Part shown: one piece after another, positions 1 through 10,800 of the stretch
How positions within the stretch are numbered: position 1 is the stretch's first letter
How the letters are laid out: each line of letters opens with the position of its first letter
IMG/VR virus record: IMGVR_UViG_3300045988_095776
Location: 15,135 to 79,134 of that record
Length of the DNA: 64,000 nt
Source: a virus
Direction: 5' to 3' (one strand)
Notes under the pieces: model-generated
Seen by the model: the letters and a program-made list of their open reading frames with translations, nothing else
What the model was told of the DNA's origin: nothing
Databases searched by the model: none
Made by a program: the position numbers and the translations under genes

Positions 1-111
1 GGGCAGGAAATTGCAATGGCGGTATTTACCGCTATCACACAGGGAATTCTTGTCGCAGGATTAAGTAATTATGTAAATCAGATTATTAAGCAAGCAAGCA
101 AAGAAGAATAG
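1..111 (+). CDS. 3' end of an upstream virion-module gene (partial)
   Basis: Frame 1 is open from the window edge to TAG 109-111. C-terminus is hydrophobic (AVFTAITQGILVAGL). Lies directly upstream of the tail module. Confidence 0.35.
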   Translation, partial: GQEIAMAVFTAITQGILVAGLSNYVNQIIKQASKEE

Positions 112-217
112 AAAGGACGGTGATCCTTTTATCTCCCGAGCACAGGGTTACGTGCAGAGAGCCAGAGAGCCATTGATAAAGCAAATTTAAGCTAATATTA
201 GCAGAAAGGAGCCTAAA

Positions 218-739
218 ATGGCAGATTTAACTACACTTGGCGTAACCATTCATTATGGCGTTGAGACAAAAGCAGGATCAAAACCAACAACATTCACATG
301 GCTCAAAAGATGTAATGCGATTGGCGGCATTTCTCTTGATACAGAACAGATCGATGTTTCTGCGTTGGAAGACTACATTACACAATATGCATCCGGCAGA
401 CAGGATACAGGTGGTACATGGGAACTTACATTCAATTTAAGTGCGGATGTCATCACAGCAATTAAAAAACTTTTCTCAGATGCAAAAACCGGAAAAGCCA
501 CAGGATTACGAACCTGGTTCGAAGTTGTTTTTCCAGATCTTTCAGATGCATTTTTCATCGTGGCAGAACCGGGGCGTGAAATACCACTTCCAGAGATCGG
601 ACAAAATGAAGCAGCTACAATCCCTCTCACTCTTATCATCAACGAGTATAAAGGACTTGACACAAAAGTTGTTTCCGAAGAACTTGCGCAAACTTTAAAT
701 GAAGCAAAAGCGGCAGCTGCAAACATGAATACATTTTGA
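218..739 (+). CDS. phage major tail protein
   Basis: 173 aa with a GGAG RBS. It is the first gene before the chaperone pair and tape measure, the canonical siphovirus order. Size and composition fit TP901-1-type major tail proteins. Confidence 0.75.
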   Translation: MADLTTLGVTIHYGVETKAGSKPTTFTWLKRCNAIGGISLDTEQIDVSALEDYITQYASGRQDTGGTWELTFNLSADVITAIKKLFSDAKTGKATGLRTWFEVVFPDLSDAFFIVAEPGREIPLPEIGQNEAATIPLTLIINEYKGLDTKVVSEELAQTLNEAKAAAANMNTF

Positions 740-764
740 TTATTAAATTTAGGGAGGACATATA

Positions 765-1184
765 ATGTTTAGTTTTAAAGTAGGCGGGAAAGAATACAAG
801 ATCAAATTTGGATACAAGGTGCTGTCCGAATCAGACGTTTTGCTTAAAGCTTCTGACATTTCGAATATTGCTGATCCGAGATCACTCATTGCACTTTTGC
901 CAGAGCTGATTCTTATAGGGCTTCAAACCAAGCATAAAGATGAATTTGGATACGAAACAGAAGAAGAAAAGAAAGTGGCGTTTGGAAAAGTGTGTGATCT
1001 GCTTGACGATTATGAAGATGAATCTACAGAAGAACATCCTCATGATGGATTTACATTATTCCAGAAAGTAAACGATGAGCTTGAGAAAAACGGTTTTTTA
1101 TCCGGAATTCTGAAAAAGATGGAAGAAGCAGAGGAGAAACAGAAGATAACGAAGGCACCGCAGGACCACAAGAAGAAATCCTGA
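765..1184 (+). CDS. tail assembly chaperone (gpG-like)
   Basis: 139-aa acidic protein between the major tail and tape measure genes. Carries a slippery heptamer near its 3' end with an open -1 frame. Confidence 0.7.
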   Translation: MFSFKVGGKEYKIKFGYKVLSESDVLLKASDISNIADPRSLIALLPELILIGLQTKHKDEFGYETEEEKKVAFGKVCDLLDDYEDESTEEHPHDGFTLFQKVNDELEKNGFLSGILKKMEEAEEKQKITKAPQDHKKKS

Positions 1185-1588
1185 GTTTTGGCGAAATAGT
1201 ACATAAGAAATTACTTCCGTTGTATTTATCCATTGGCGTTCCAGAAGAAAAATTTTGGGATTCCACTCCTTATGATTTGGAACCATACATGGAAGCCTAC
1301 AAATTAAAACAAAAAATGGAAGATTCGCAAGCATGGCAGTTCAACATGTACACGATGTGTGCAGTTCAGACTGCGGTCGCAAATGTGCTTATTGGTAAAA
1401 AGTCAAAGGCTGAATACCTTAAAGAACCATTTTTACAAACAGCTGAAAAGCAGAAGCAAGAGGATGAAGAGAATCTTTCTGAAGCAGAAAAGAAACGGCA
1501 ACGTGACAGGTTGCTCATGACATTGCAACTCATGCAAGCAAATTTTGAGCTGAATCATGGTAATAATGACGAGGGCAGGCAGGATTAA
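1085..1588 (+). CDS. -1 frame extension of the tail chaperone (gpT-like part of a G-T fusion)
   Basis: The -1 frame relative to 765..1184 is open from 1085 to TAA 1588. It has no RBS of its own; the track start is TTG 1220. The fusion would be about 274 aa. Confidence 0.55.
   Translation, partial: EKRFFIRNSEKDGRSRGETEDNEGTAGPQEEILSFGEIVHKKLLPLYLSIGVPEEKFWDSTPYDLEPYMEAYKLKQKMEDSQAWQFNMYTMCAVQTAVANVLIGKKSKAEYLKEPFLQTAEKQKQEDEENLSEAEKKRQRDRLLMTLQLMQANFELNHGNNDEGRQD
1094..1100 (+). promoter_or_regulatory. candidate -1 programmed frameshift heptamer T_TTT_TTA
   Basis: Zero-frame codons GGT TTT TTA give the X_XXY_YYZ pattern inside the G/T overlap. Confidence 0.5.
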
Positions 1589-1634
1589 AAGTCTTGTCTG
1601 CCCTTTATTTTTTTGATTAAAAGGAGGTGCTTTA

Positions 1635-3190
1635 ATGGCCGATAATACCATAGATACCCTCAATATACAAATAGGCAGTAGCACAACTCAGGCGGTACGG
1701 TCTATTAATAACCTTGTGAAAAAATTAGATACATTAAACACTGCCCTTGGAAATCTTGACATAAGTCGGTTAAATAATTTTTCCAATTCTTTAAAAAGTT
1801 TAGGTAGCGTGAATTTTAAAGCAAATGGATTGAATGCGGCTATAAACGCCATCAATCGTCTTGGTAAATCTGATTTTAGCCAGTTTGATACAGGAAAATT
1901 AGGTGAAATTCTTACTGAGATGCAGAAACTTGATTCTATTCCAGATGTTTCTCCGAGCGTTAGCCGGTTCACGACCGCTATAGCTAAACTTGCCGGTACA
2001 GGACAGTATATCGGCAATGTATCAAAGGAACTTCCGAATCTTGCGACAGGTTTAAATAATGCGTCTACTAAATTAGGCTCTATGAGCGAAGTATCAGCAT
2101 CCACCAATGCTTTTATTACTTCTCTTGGAAAATTAGCTAGTGCAGGAGATAAAACTGGAAAGACTGCAAATCAATTATCAACTCTCGCGCAAGAGGTTTT
2201 GAAGTTTTTTGACGTAATGAAAAGCGCACCAGATATCAGTTCGAGCACAATAAGAATGACAGAGGCATTGGCTGTACTTGCTTCGTCTGGAAGTAAAGTC
2301 GGAAGAGCTACAAGCAGTGTTTCAAGCTCACTCAATAATTTGTCGTCTGTTGGCTCTAAAGTCAGTTCCGTAATGCATGGTGTTGCTAATGCGTTCCAGG
2401 CTTTTGCTTCAAAAACAATATCTCTTGGGGCAAAAGTAGTATCAGCCATAGCCGGAATAGGCAATGCTTCGTCCGAAACAGGTGAAAAAATAAGAAAACT
2501 GTCAAATCCGTTAAGCTCATTGACAAATAAGTTGAGTGCTTTATATGCAAAAGGATTTTTAGTAAAACGGGCCCTTGAAGTTTTATCATCGCCTGTAGAA
2601 TCTGCGATGAATTACGTAGAGACTTTGAATTATTTCAACTCTGCATTTAATCAAGTTGCAGAAGGAATCGACACAGACGAATGGAAGAAGAGCGGTATTA
2701 AATCCGCAGAAGCATATGCCAATTCATTTCAAGAGAGAGCAAAACAACTTTCTCAGAAATTGACAGGATTTGAAATTTCCGATACTGGGGAACTTACTAG
2801 AACAAATACTGCAAGCCTTGGACTTGACCCTGAAAAGGCCATGCAGTATCAGGCAACATTCGCACAGATGTCATCATCTATGGGCGATACCTCCGAGACT
2901 GCATTGAAGTTGTCAAATGCTTTGACAATGATTGGTTCTGACCTTGCATCTGTAAGGAACATGGATTTTGAAGATGTATGGGAAGACATGGCATCCGGAT
3001 TGACTGGCATGAGCCGTACAATGGACAAGTATGGCATCAATATCCGTAATGCCAATATGCAACAGGAATTATACAATCTGGGAATCAACACCAGCATATC
3101 AAATTTATCTCAGGCAGATAAAACGATCTTACGTACAATTATTTTGCTGAATAATTCTAAATATGCATGGGGTGATTTGGCTAATACGAT
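1635..3190 (+). CDS. tape measure protein, exon 1
   Basis: Long helical Ala/Ser/Leu-rich ORF after the chaperones. It ends inside the motif YAWGDLANTINQ, which continues at 3514. The unspliced frame stops at TGA 3207-3209. Confidence 0.8.
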
Positions 3191-3513
3191 TAACCAGTCA
3201 GCGGCGTGATAAATGCATAGCTGTTGATTTAGTCGCCTATATCGAAACCGACAAGTAGGATATGGGTTATAAGTGATGAAATAAGCTGGAAAGCCGTTTG
3301 CAACGGTAATCAGAGAGTGAAGGCTATGGGCAAAAACATAGTCAACCGCAACGCGTAGGAAGTGAACCTGTCGCTGAGATGCTACAGAATATAATCTTCC
3401 CAAGAGGCATCACTATCGGTCGGTACGGGTGCAGAACCCGTGGTAAAAAGGTACGCTGGACTGCATTATAATGATGCAGAAGTAAGGATAAAAAGCCTTA
3501 CGATAACAATTCG
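3191..3513 (+). ncRNA. putative ORF-less group I self-splicing intron in the tape measure gene
   Basis: - The 5' exon ends in U3190, which can pair with G3232 in a 7-bp P1 (3187-3193 with 3229-3235).
- 3223-3230 is complementary to 3' exon 3514-3521 (P10).
- The last intron nucleotide is G3513.
- Several stable hairpins are present.
- Exon ligation restores the reading frame. Confidence 0.65.
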
Positions 3514-6500
3514 AAATCAGCCAGCAAACCAGATTCGTATGCTGCAATCCAATTTTGCATCTCTTGGTAGAACAATAGGCTCCTTGTTCATTCCTATACT
3601 GCGAACAGTTCTTCCGTATATCAATGCAATAGTCATTGCACTTCAAAGAATGTTTGCTTATATTGCAAAATTGCTTGGAATCAAACTGTCAAACTTTGTA
3701 TCATCTACTGGCGGTATTTCTGTAGATACAAGTAACATTGCGGATGATATGGATAATGCCAGTGATTCTATTGATACTGCAAATAAGAATGCAAAAAAAC
3801 TCGAAAAAACATTGTCAGTTCTTTCATTTGATGAACTGAATCAGCTTAATGACAATTCTGATTCTGGTAGTACAAGTAATCCTTCTTCCGGTTCTGGAAA
3901 TGGTGGATTAGGACATATAGGAGCGCTTGATGCTGCATTAGATGATGCTTTGTCTGCATATCAAAAAGCATGGGATGAAGCTTTTAAAAAGATGTCCAAC
4001 AGGGCAAATAAAATGGCAGATGCCATTGTAAATGCCTTTAAGAGAAAAGACTGGAAAGGTCTTGGAAAAATCATGGCTGATGGCATCAACTGGGGTATGC
4101 AAAAACTCTATGATGCTATTAACTGGAACAAAGTAGGCCCTTACATCACTAAATTCACCAGTGCATTCACCCAGACTTTCAACAGCCTTGTTGATAATAT
4201 CAACTGGAATTTGATGGGACGCACTGTTGGCGCTGGATTAAATACTATTGTCAATATGGCAAATCAGCTTCTGGAAGGAACAGACTTCAAAAACCTTGGA
4301 AAGAAATTTGCTGAAGGCGTCACAGGATTTATTCGCGAAGTTGAATGGACTAATTTTGGCAACATGCTTGGAAACAATTTCATGAAAGCATGGGATGTGT
4401 TTACAGGATTTGTAGAAAATCTTCCGTATAACGAAATCGGTCAGGCCGTTGCGAATGGTTTAAATGGTATTTTTGAAAAAGTAGATTTTGGTGAAATCGC
4501 ACATGCGCTTGCAACCGGTTTGAATGGTGCATTTGATTCACTAGCGGCATTTACCAGTAACTTCAATTGGAATGATTTTGTTGATAACATCACAAGTGGC
4601 ATCGTGACATTTATGCAGGAATTTGACTGGAAAGAAAACGGGCAGAAACTTGAAAACTTTATCAATCATCTCTTGACGTCATTGATTGACATTGCAAAAG
4701 GCGTCGATTGGGAATCATTCGGACATAATGTAGGGGTTTTTCTGAGCCAGATAGAATGGGGCAAACATCTTTCTCGGCTTTTGACGGTTGTTGGTGATGT
4801 GCTTGGTGGAATTTGGGAAGGGCTTGGAACAACATCTGCCGGCACGTTTGTACAGGCAATGGCTGTTTTTGCTATTGGTGATAAATTAATGCCACTTGTG
4901 GATACTATCACCAAATTCTTTACAGGCGATACAGTTTTTGGAAATCTTTCTACAGCTGTGCAAAGTATGCTGAATCCCGCAATCACTGAGGCGGTAAAGA
5001 CAACTATTCCAGCACTTGGAACTTCTTTAGGAAGCCTTGTTGCAACAGGCGGTGGAATTGCTCTTGCTGTAGGCGGAGCAGTATTACTTACCAAGAAATT
5101 AGCAGGACTTTTTGAGACCATGCAAGGCGGCAATGGAATGACTACGCAATATGGCGGCTATCTGCATGATTACGCAACACAGTTGACTGATGTGGCAAAT
5201 CTTACAAACGATCAATCAGAAGCATTATGGCAGTTGATTGAAAAGGACGAAGAGCTTGGAAAGACCCACGATGAAATGTATTCTGATATGGTTGAAAAGC
5301 TAAAAGAATATGGTGTTTCAGCAGATCAGGCAAAAACAGCTCTTGAAAATTATGGTGCTCAGGCGGGTGTTTCGGCAGATTTTGTTGAGGGTATGACTAA
5401 TAAAATATCGGCACTTGGAGACGGCATGTCAGAAGCAGCATCCAAATTCGACACTTCGAAAATCAGCATTTCTGATTTGAAAGATGAGTTGTATATGCTG
5501 AGCTTGAAATCTGATGAATTTGGCGGTTCGTATAAAACTGCTATGGACGAACTTGACAATGCTAACAATGGTGGAGCAATAACCAATACTAAAGATGCTC
5601 TGGATAAAGTTTACACATCACTCAAAAATGCAGGTGTTCCACTTGATGAACTTGATAAGAAATTACGAGAAGATTTTCCAAATGCAACTGTTGTAACCAA
5701 AACGGCTGTTGAGCAGAATATAGTCGGGGCTCAGGAAACTATTTCGTCATCCGTTGCAAAAGCATCAAAAGATACCAAAACAGCTACAAGCGAAATGACA
5801 AAAAATGCAACTGACGACTTTGCAGAAATTCAAAAGCAAGCTGATACTTATATGGGAAATGTCGCTACCACAACGTCTATGAATTGGGGAAATTCTTCAC
5901 GAGAAGCAACCATAAAGGCCAGAGAGATGAAAGTAGCGGTCAGCACAGAACTTGGTAATATGGACAAATCTGTCAGAAGCCATTTCGAAAGCCAATATAA
6001 CATCGCTTATGTGAAATGGGAAAATATTGGAAGAGACATATCCAATTATATTTCCGGTACGATGAATAGTGATATAGGCAGTGCACTGGATAGCTTTGTT
6101 GATACAATCCGAAATTCTTTCAGTAATATGTATGATATTGGATACAATGCAGCACAAAGTCTTTATAGCGGCATGAAAAATGTTTCTATGCCAACATTAT
6201 CATATCGTATATCAGAATGGAAAACACATAATCTTGGAAACGGTAAAACCAGTCAAACTCCTGTTTACAGTCCTAATTGGTACGCAACAGGTGGAGTATT
6301 TACAAAGGCGTCTGTAATCGGCGTTGGCGAAGCAGGACAGGAAGCTGTTCTCCCACTGACAAACCGTAAGGTAATGAAAAGTATTGCTGATAATATCATG
6401 TCTAGCTATGACGGTAGTGCAGGTCTTTCAAAGGAAGAACTTGCAGCAGCTGTTGAACGCGGCGTGGTTACTGCGATGATGAACAACGGTGGATTTGGTG

Positions 6501-6619
6501 GATCTTCGCCAGAGTACATCATGAACAGCATCAAGGTCAACGAACGTGAGCTGGCACGAATTGTCACAAAAGCACAAAGCAATACAGAATATCGTATGAA
6601 TCCATCACCGGCATATTGA
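3514..6619 (+). CDS. tape measure protein, exon 2
   Basis: Resumes with (I)NQPANQIRMLQSNFASLGRTIGSLFIPILRTVLPYINA, a tape-measure core motif. A transmembrane-like Gly/Ala segment and a long helical region follow. The track start GTG 3440 lies in the intron and has no RBS. Confidence 0.8.
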
Positions 6620-7449
6620 TATAACAATTGTTGTAAATGATATAATGGCGCCCCAAAAAAGTATCGGATTGAATGAATTTCGGCACTGATCGGGGCACAC
6701 TTTTTTATGATTAAAGTTTAAAAAAAGCAGTACAATTTGTACTATTTTATTCTTATTTAAAACAAAAAACAGAAAATAAGAGTATGATTTTTCAAAAAAA
6801 TGGAATAAGCCCTTATTTGGCAAAATAACGCTAAAAATCCAGAACGAGCAGTGCTAAAATGTAAATACACCGAAACTAATTTATGAATAATTTGTAAACT
6901 GTAATTTTCATTGATTTCGAAATAATTAGTTTATTTTGAAAAATAAAATTTTTTAGAAGCAAATATTCTGTCAACAATGCATTTTTGTTTACATAATATC
7001 TCAATGTAACGTTACAATAACGTTACGTGTAACGCGCTGTAACGCAATAGAATAAGAATAAGAGTAAGAATAAGAATATTAATTAATATATATGAGATAT
7101 ATATTAATCGTCGAATAAGAGCTTATTCGCCCCTGCTAAATCACTTGATCTCGTATTTGACTTTTAAAACGATTTTAAGTTTGATTCGATAAAATCCTTG
7201 ATAAAAGGATAAAAATTGATTTTAGGCATAAATTTCGAACGCACAAGGGCATTATAGAACATAAAACATGTTGCCGAATTAATTTTCCGTAGTCTTTCAA
7301 ATTGCTTTACTATTCATACTGAAACATACTTCATGTATGTGATAAAATGAAAAATCATAAAGCGTCTATCAGAGTAAGAACAATAGGCGCTATTTTTATG
7401 CATGTAACGTCCTTTATAGGGCGTTTTTTATTTTTATGAGGTATTTAGC

Positions 7450-7812
7450 ATGGCAGAGATATTTTTAAAAGTGGACAATGTTTCAATGCCCTGTCCATCT
7501 GCTTATACATGGGGGTTAAATGATATATCAGCGTCAAAATCAGGCAGGTCTGACGATTCGATTATGCATAAAAACAGGGTGGCTCAAAAAAGAAAATTAT
7601 CTTTACGGTGGAACGGCAAGGACTGGGCGACTACTGCGAAAATATTACAAGCATTTAATCCCGAATACATACAGATAACATACCCGGACATGATGTCAGG
7701 AACATATGAAACAAGAACGTTTTACGTTGGCGATAGAAGTGCACCAGTCAAATGGTGGTGGGCTGGAAATCAGAGGACGGAATCTATCAGTTTTGATGTG
7801 ATCGAGAGGTAA
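7450..7812 (+). CDS. small tail protein, possibly Dit-like (DUF6711-like)
   Basis: 120 aa, directly upstream of the Tal/fibre gene. The position is that of a distal tail protein but the size is unusually small. Confidence 0.45.
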   Translation: MAEIFLKVDNVSMPCPSAYTWGLNDISASKSGRSDDSIMHKNRVAQKRKLSLRWNGKDWATTAKILQAFNPEYIQITYPDMMSGTYETRTFYVGDRSAPVKWWWAGNQRTESISFDVIER

Positions 7813-7815
7813 GGC

Positions 7816-10800
7816 ATGAGAAATTTATCATCTAGGTGGAAAGAAAAAGTTAAAAATGGAATGGATGTGCATTATCTCAAGTATGCCGATATCACTCTTA
7901 CTGATGGGACTGTATTAAACTTGACGAATGCCGACTTGTGGCAAAATGGAATGACGTTTGAGGATTCTGTATCCGGAGATAGCAGTTTTGATATTGGATC
8001 TGCGATTATTAATGTTTTAACGCTGAGTATTAATAACTTTGAAGGTCAGTATTTCGATTACGATTTTGAGGGAGCAGAAGTCATATGTTACGTTGGATTA
8101 CAGATCGAAGATGAGGACACAAGTGAACTGTTAGATTCAGCCGGAGAACAAATACTGGATTCAACTGGCGATACAATCATAGTTCATAAAAATACGGTTA
8201 TTGAAAAAACACGTATTTGTACAGCAACAGTAGTTGAACAGCCGGAAGACGAAACGGTGACCATAGACCTTACGTGCGAAGATAATATGCGGAAGTTTGA
8301 CCGCAATTATTCCGACAGCAAATTGAAGTATCCGGCGACCAGAGGGCAGATCATTCGTGATGCGTGCGAAGTATGTGGCGTTGCATTACAAACGTATCAT
8401 TTTGATCACGATGATTATATCGTACAGACCAGACCATCAGATGATGCACTGACGTTCCGACAAGTATTACAGTGGGTTGCTCAAATTGGCTGTCAGTGGT
8501 TACGATGTGATGAATATGGCAGACTTTGCGTAAAGTGGTACGATACAGAAAAAGCAGATGCGCAGGAAATTGATACGACTTATAGTTTTACGCCACAACA
8601 CACAGATGTTGTAATTACAGGTATTCAAGTAACTGAATATAGCGATTCTTCCGATGAAGAACCAGAAAGTTATATGGCCGGTACACAGGGATATGTACTG
8701 GCCATTTCTGACAATAAATTGATTCGTAAAGGTGACGGACAAACAGTTGCTTCAATGATCGCCGAAAAATGTGTCGGGATGTCATTTCGACCATTTGAAT
8801 CGGAATGTCCAACAGATGTTGCATTGGAAGCCGGTGATGCAATTACGATTGAAGATCGTAATGGATATTTGTACAGTACTTACCTTACGACTACAACCTT
8901 GCAGCCGGGAGCTGGACAGAATATTGCTTGCAATGCTAAAAGTACTGCTAAAAATAGCAGCACTCGTTACAGTCAAATCACGCAGGTATATGTGACTGCC
9001 CGAAAAATGGTAAAAGTTGAAAAGACAGCCAGAGAAAAAGCTCTTGAAGAATTTGGAAAAAGAATTGATTCAGCCACAGGAGTTTATACCACAGTCCAGA
9101 AACAGGCAGATGGTAGCGACATTTTCTATTTGCACGACAAACCAACTCTGGCAGAATCCAAAGCTATCTGGAAAATGACTTCTGAGGCATGGGGAGTTTC
9201 TACAGATGGTGGACAGACATGGAATGGTGGTATGACTGTTGACGGCGATACTATTGTAAGAATCTTGAATGCGGTCGGAGTGAATGCTGATTGGATTAAT
9301 GCCGGAGCGATTACAGTAAAAGATGCCAATGGAAATATTCTTTTCCAAGTAGATATGGATACCAAAAAAGTTATCATCAGCGGAGATTCCGTAGTTATTG
9401 GAGGAAAAACAGCAAGTAAGGCACTGTCCGATAATTTGCAGGAAAGCAAAGATTATTCTGACGGTAAATTAGCTGATTACGCAAACACAATAGCAGAGTC
9501 GCTGTCTGGTTTACAATCCCAAATAGACGGACAAATAGAATCGTTTTTCTATGATTATGAGCCGTCTTTACAGAATATACCGGCATCTCAATGGACTACA
9601 ACAGAAGAACGAAAAAAACATGAGGGTGATTTATTCTACTGGAAAACGACAGGGTATGCGTATCGCTTTATGCAAGACGGTGCTACGTGGAAGTGGCAGT
9701 TAATCCAAGACAATGATATTTCTAAGGCACTTGCAACAGCAGAAAAAGCAAAGGATACAGCGGATGGAAAACGAAGAACATTTGTGGTTCAACCATCTCC
9801 TCCATACGACATTGGCGATTTATGGTCACAAGAAGGTGGAGATATTCTGACTTGTGTGGTTTCGAGATCACAGGGCAGTGTATATGTATCATCAGACTGG
9901 CGGAAATTAAATAAATACACTGATGATACTACTGCAAATAAAGCCCTTGAAGCAGCATCATTAGCCAAAAACATGACCTTACAGCTTTCCAACGACATGC
10001 AGACAATCGCATCCGATGCAGATGGCAACATTACGACATTTCCTACAGTCGCAACAGCGGCAACCGTCATGTATGGAACACAGGACATCACGGATGATTG
10101 TAGTTTTACAATTACAAAATCTGCAAGCGTAACTGGCTCTTGGAATGATGCGACACATGTTTACAATGTTACAGGACTGACTTCCGATAATGGCTGGGTA
10201 GACATCAAGGCAACGTACCTGGTCAATCTGGCAATAACAAAAAGATTCACAATTTCTAAACAGAAACAAGGTAAGCAAGGCATACAAGGCGTTGGAAAAG
10301 ACGGAAAAACTACTTACCTGCATATCAGATATGCGCCAGTACAGAATCCTACTGCTAGTCAGATGACTACTGTGCCAGACAATAATACAGTATATATCGG
10401 CACATACAGTGATTTTAACGGAGTTCCTAGCACCAATCCATCTGCTTATACATGGGCGAAATTCAAGGGCGACCAGGGCGTTCAAGGCCCGCAGGGCGAG
10501 CAAGGCGAAAGAGGAATTCAAGGTCTGCAAGGAGAAAAAGGAGATCCTGGCGAGCGTGGCCTGCAAGGAATACAGGGCGAAAAGGGTGAACAGGGTGTAC
10601 CGGGTGTAGGAATTGATGGAAAGACAAGTTACCTGCATATTGCTTACGCTAATTCCGCTGATGGTAAAACGGACTTTTCAATTTCGGACGCGTCAGGCAA
10701 AACATACATCGGTCAATACACGGACTTTGAAGTGAATGACAGCACTGACCCAACGAAATACACATGGTCATTGATTAAGGGCATGGACGGAAAAGATGGC

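Noticed and set aside
3440-3513. GTG 3440 as an independent start of a second tape measure gene
   Set aside because: There is no SD. The first about 25 codons lie in the hairpin-rich intervening sequence. The conserved motif is split exactly across the two ORFs.
7049-7077. The AATAAGAATAAGAGTAAGAATAAGAAT repeat as a CRISPR-like array
   Set aside because: It is a 6-nt microrepeat without spacers.
7810-7818. Read-through fusion of the Dit-like and fibre genes, which share a frame and are separated by TAA plus one codon
   Set aside because: The fibre gene has its own GAGAGG RBS and ATG. The shared frame is most likely coincidence.
10468-10611. Periodic DNA repeats as a possible CRISPR or minisatellite
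   Set aside because: The periodicity is 9 nt, in-frame G-X-Y coding repeats inside the fibre gene, with no spacers.
9979-10638. 219-aa minus-strand ORF, and other antisense ORFs inside the tape measure and fibre genes
   Set aside because: They lie antisense to strongly supported long genes, in repeat or collagen DNA, have low-complexity translations and lack an RBS.
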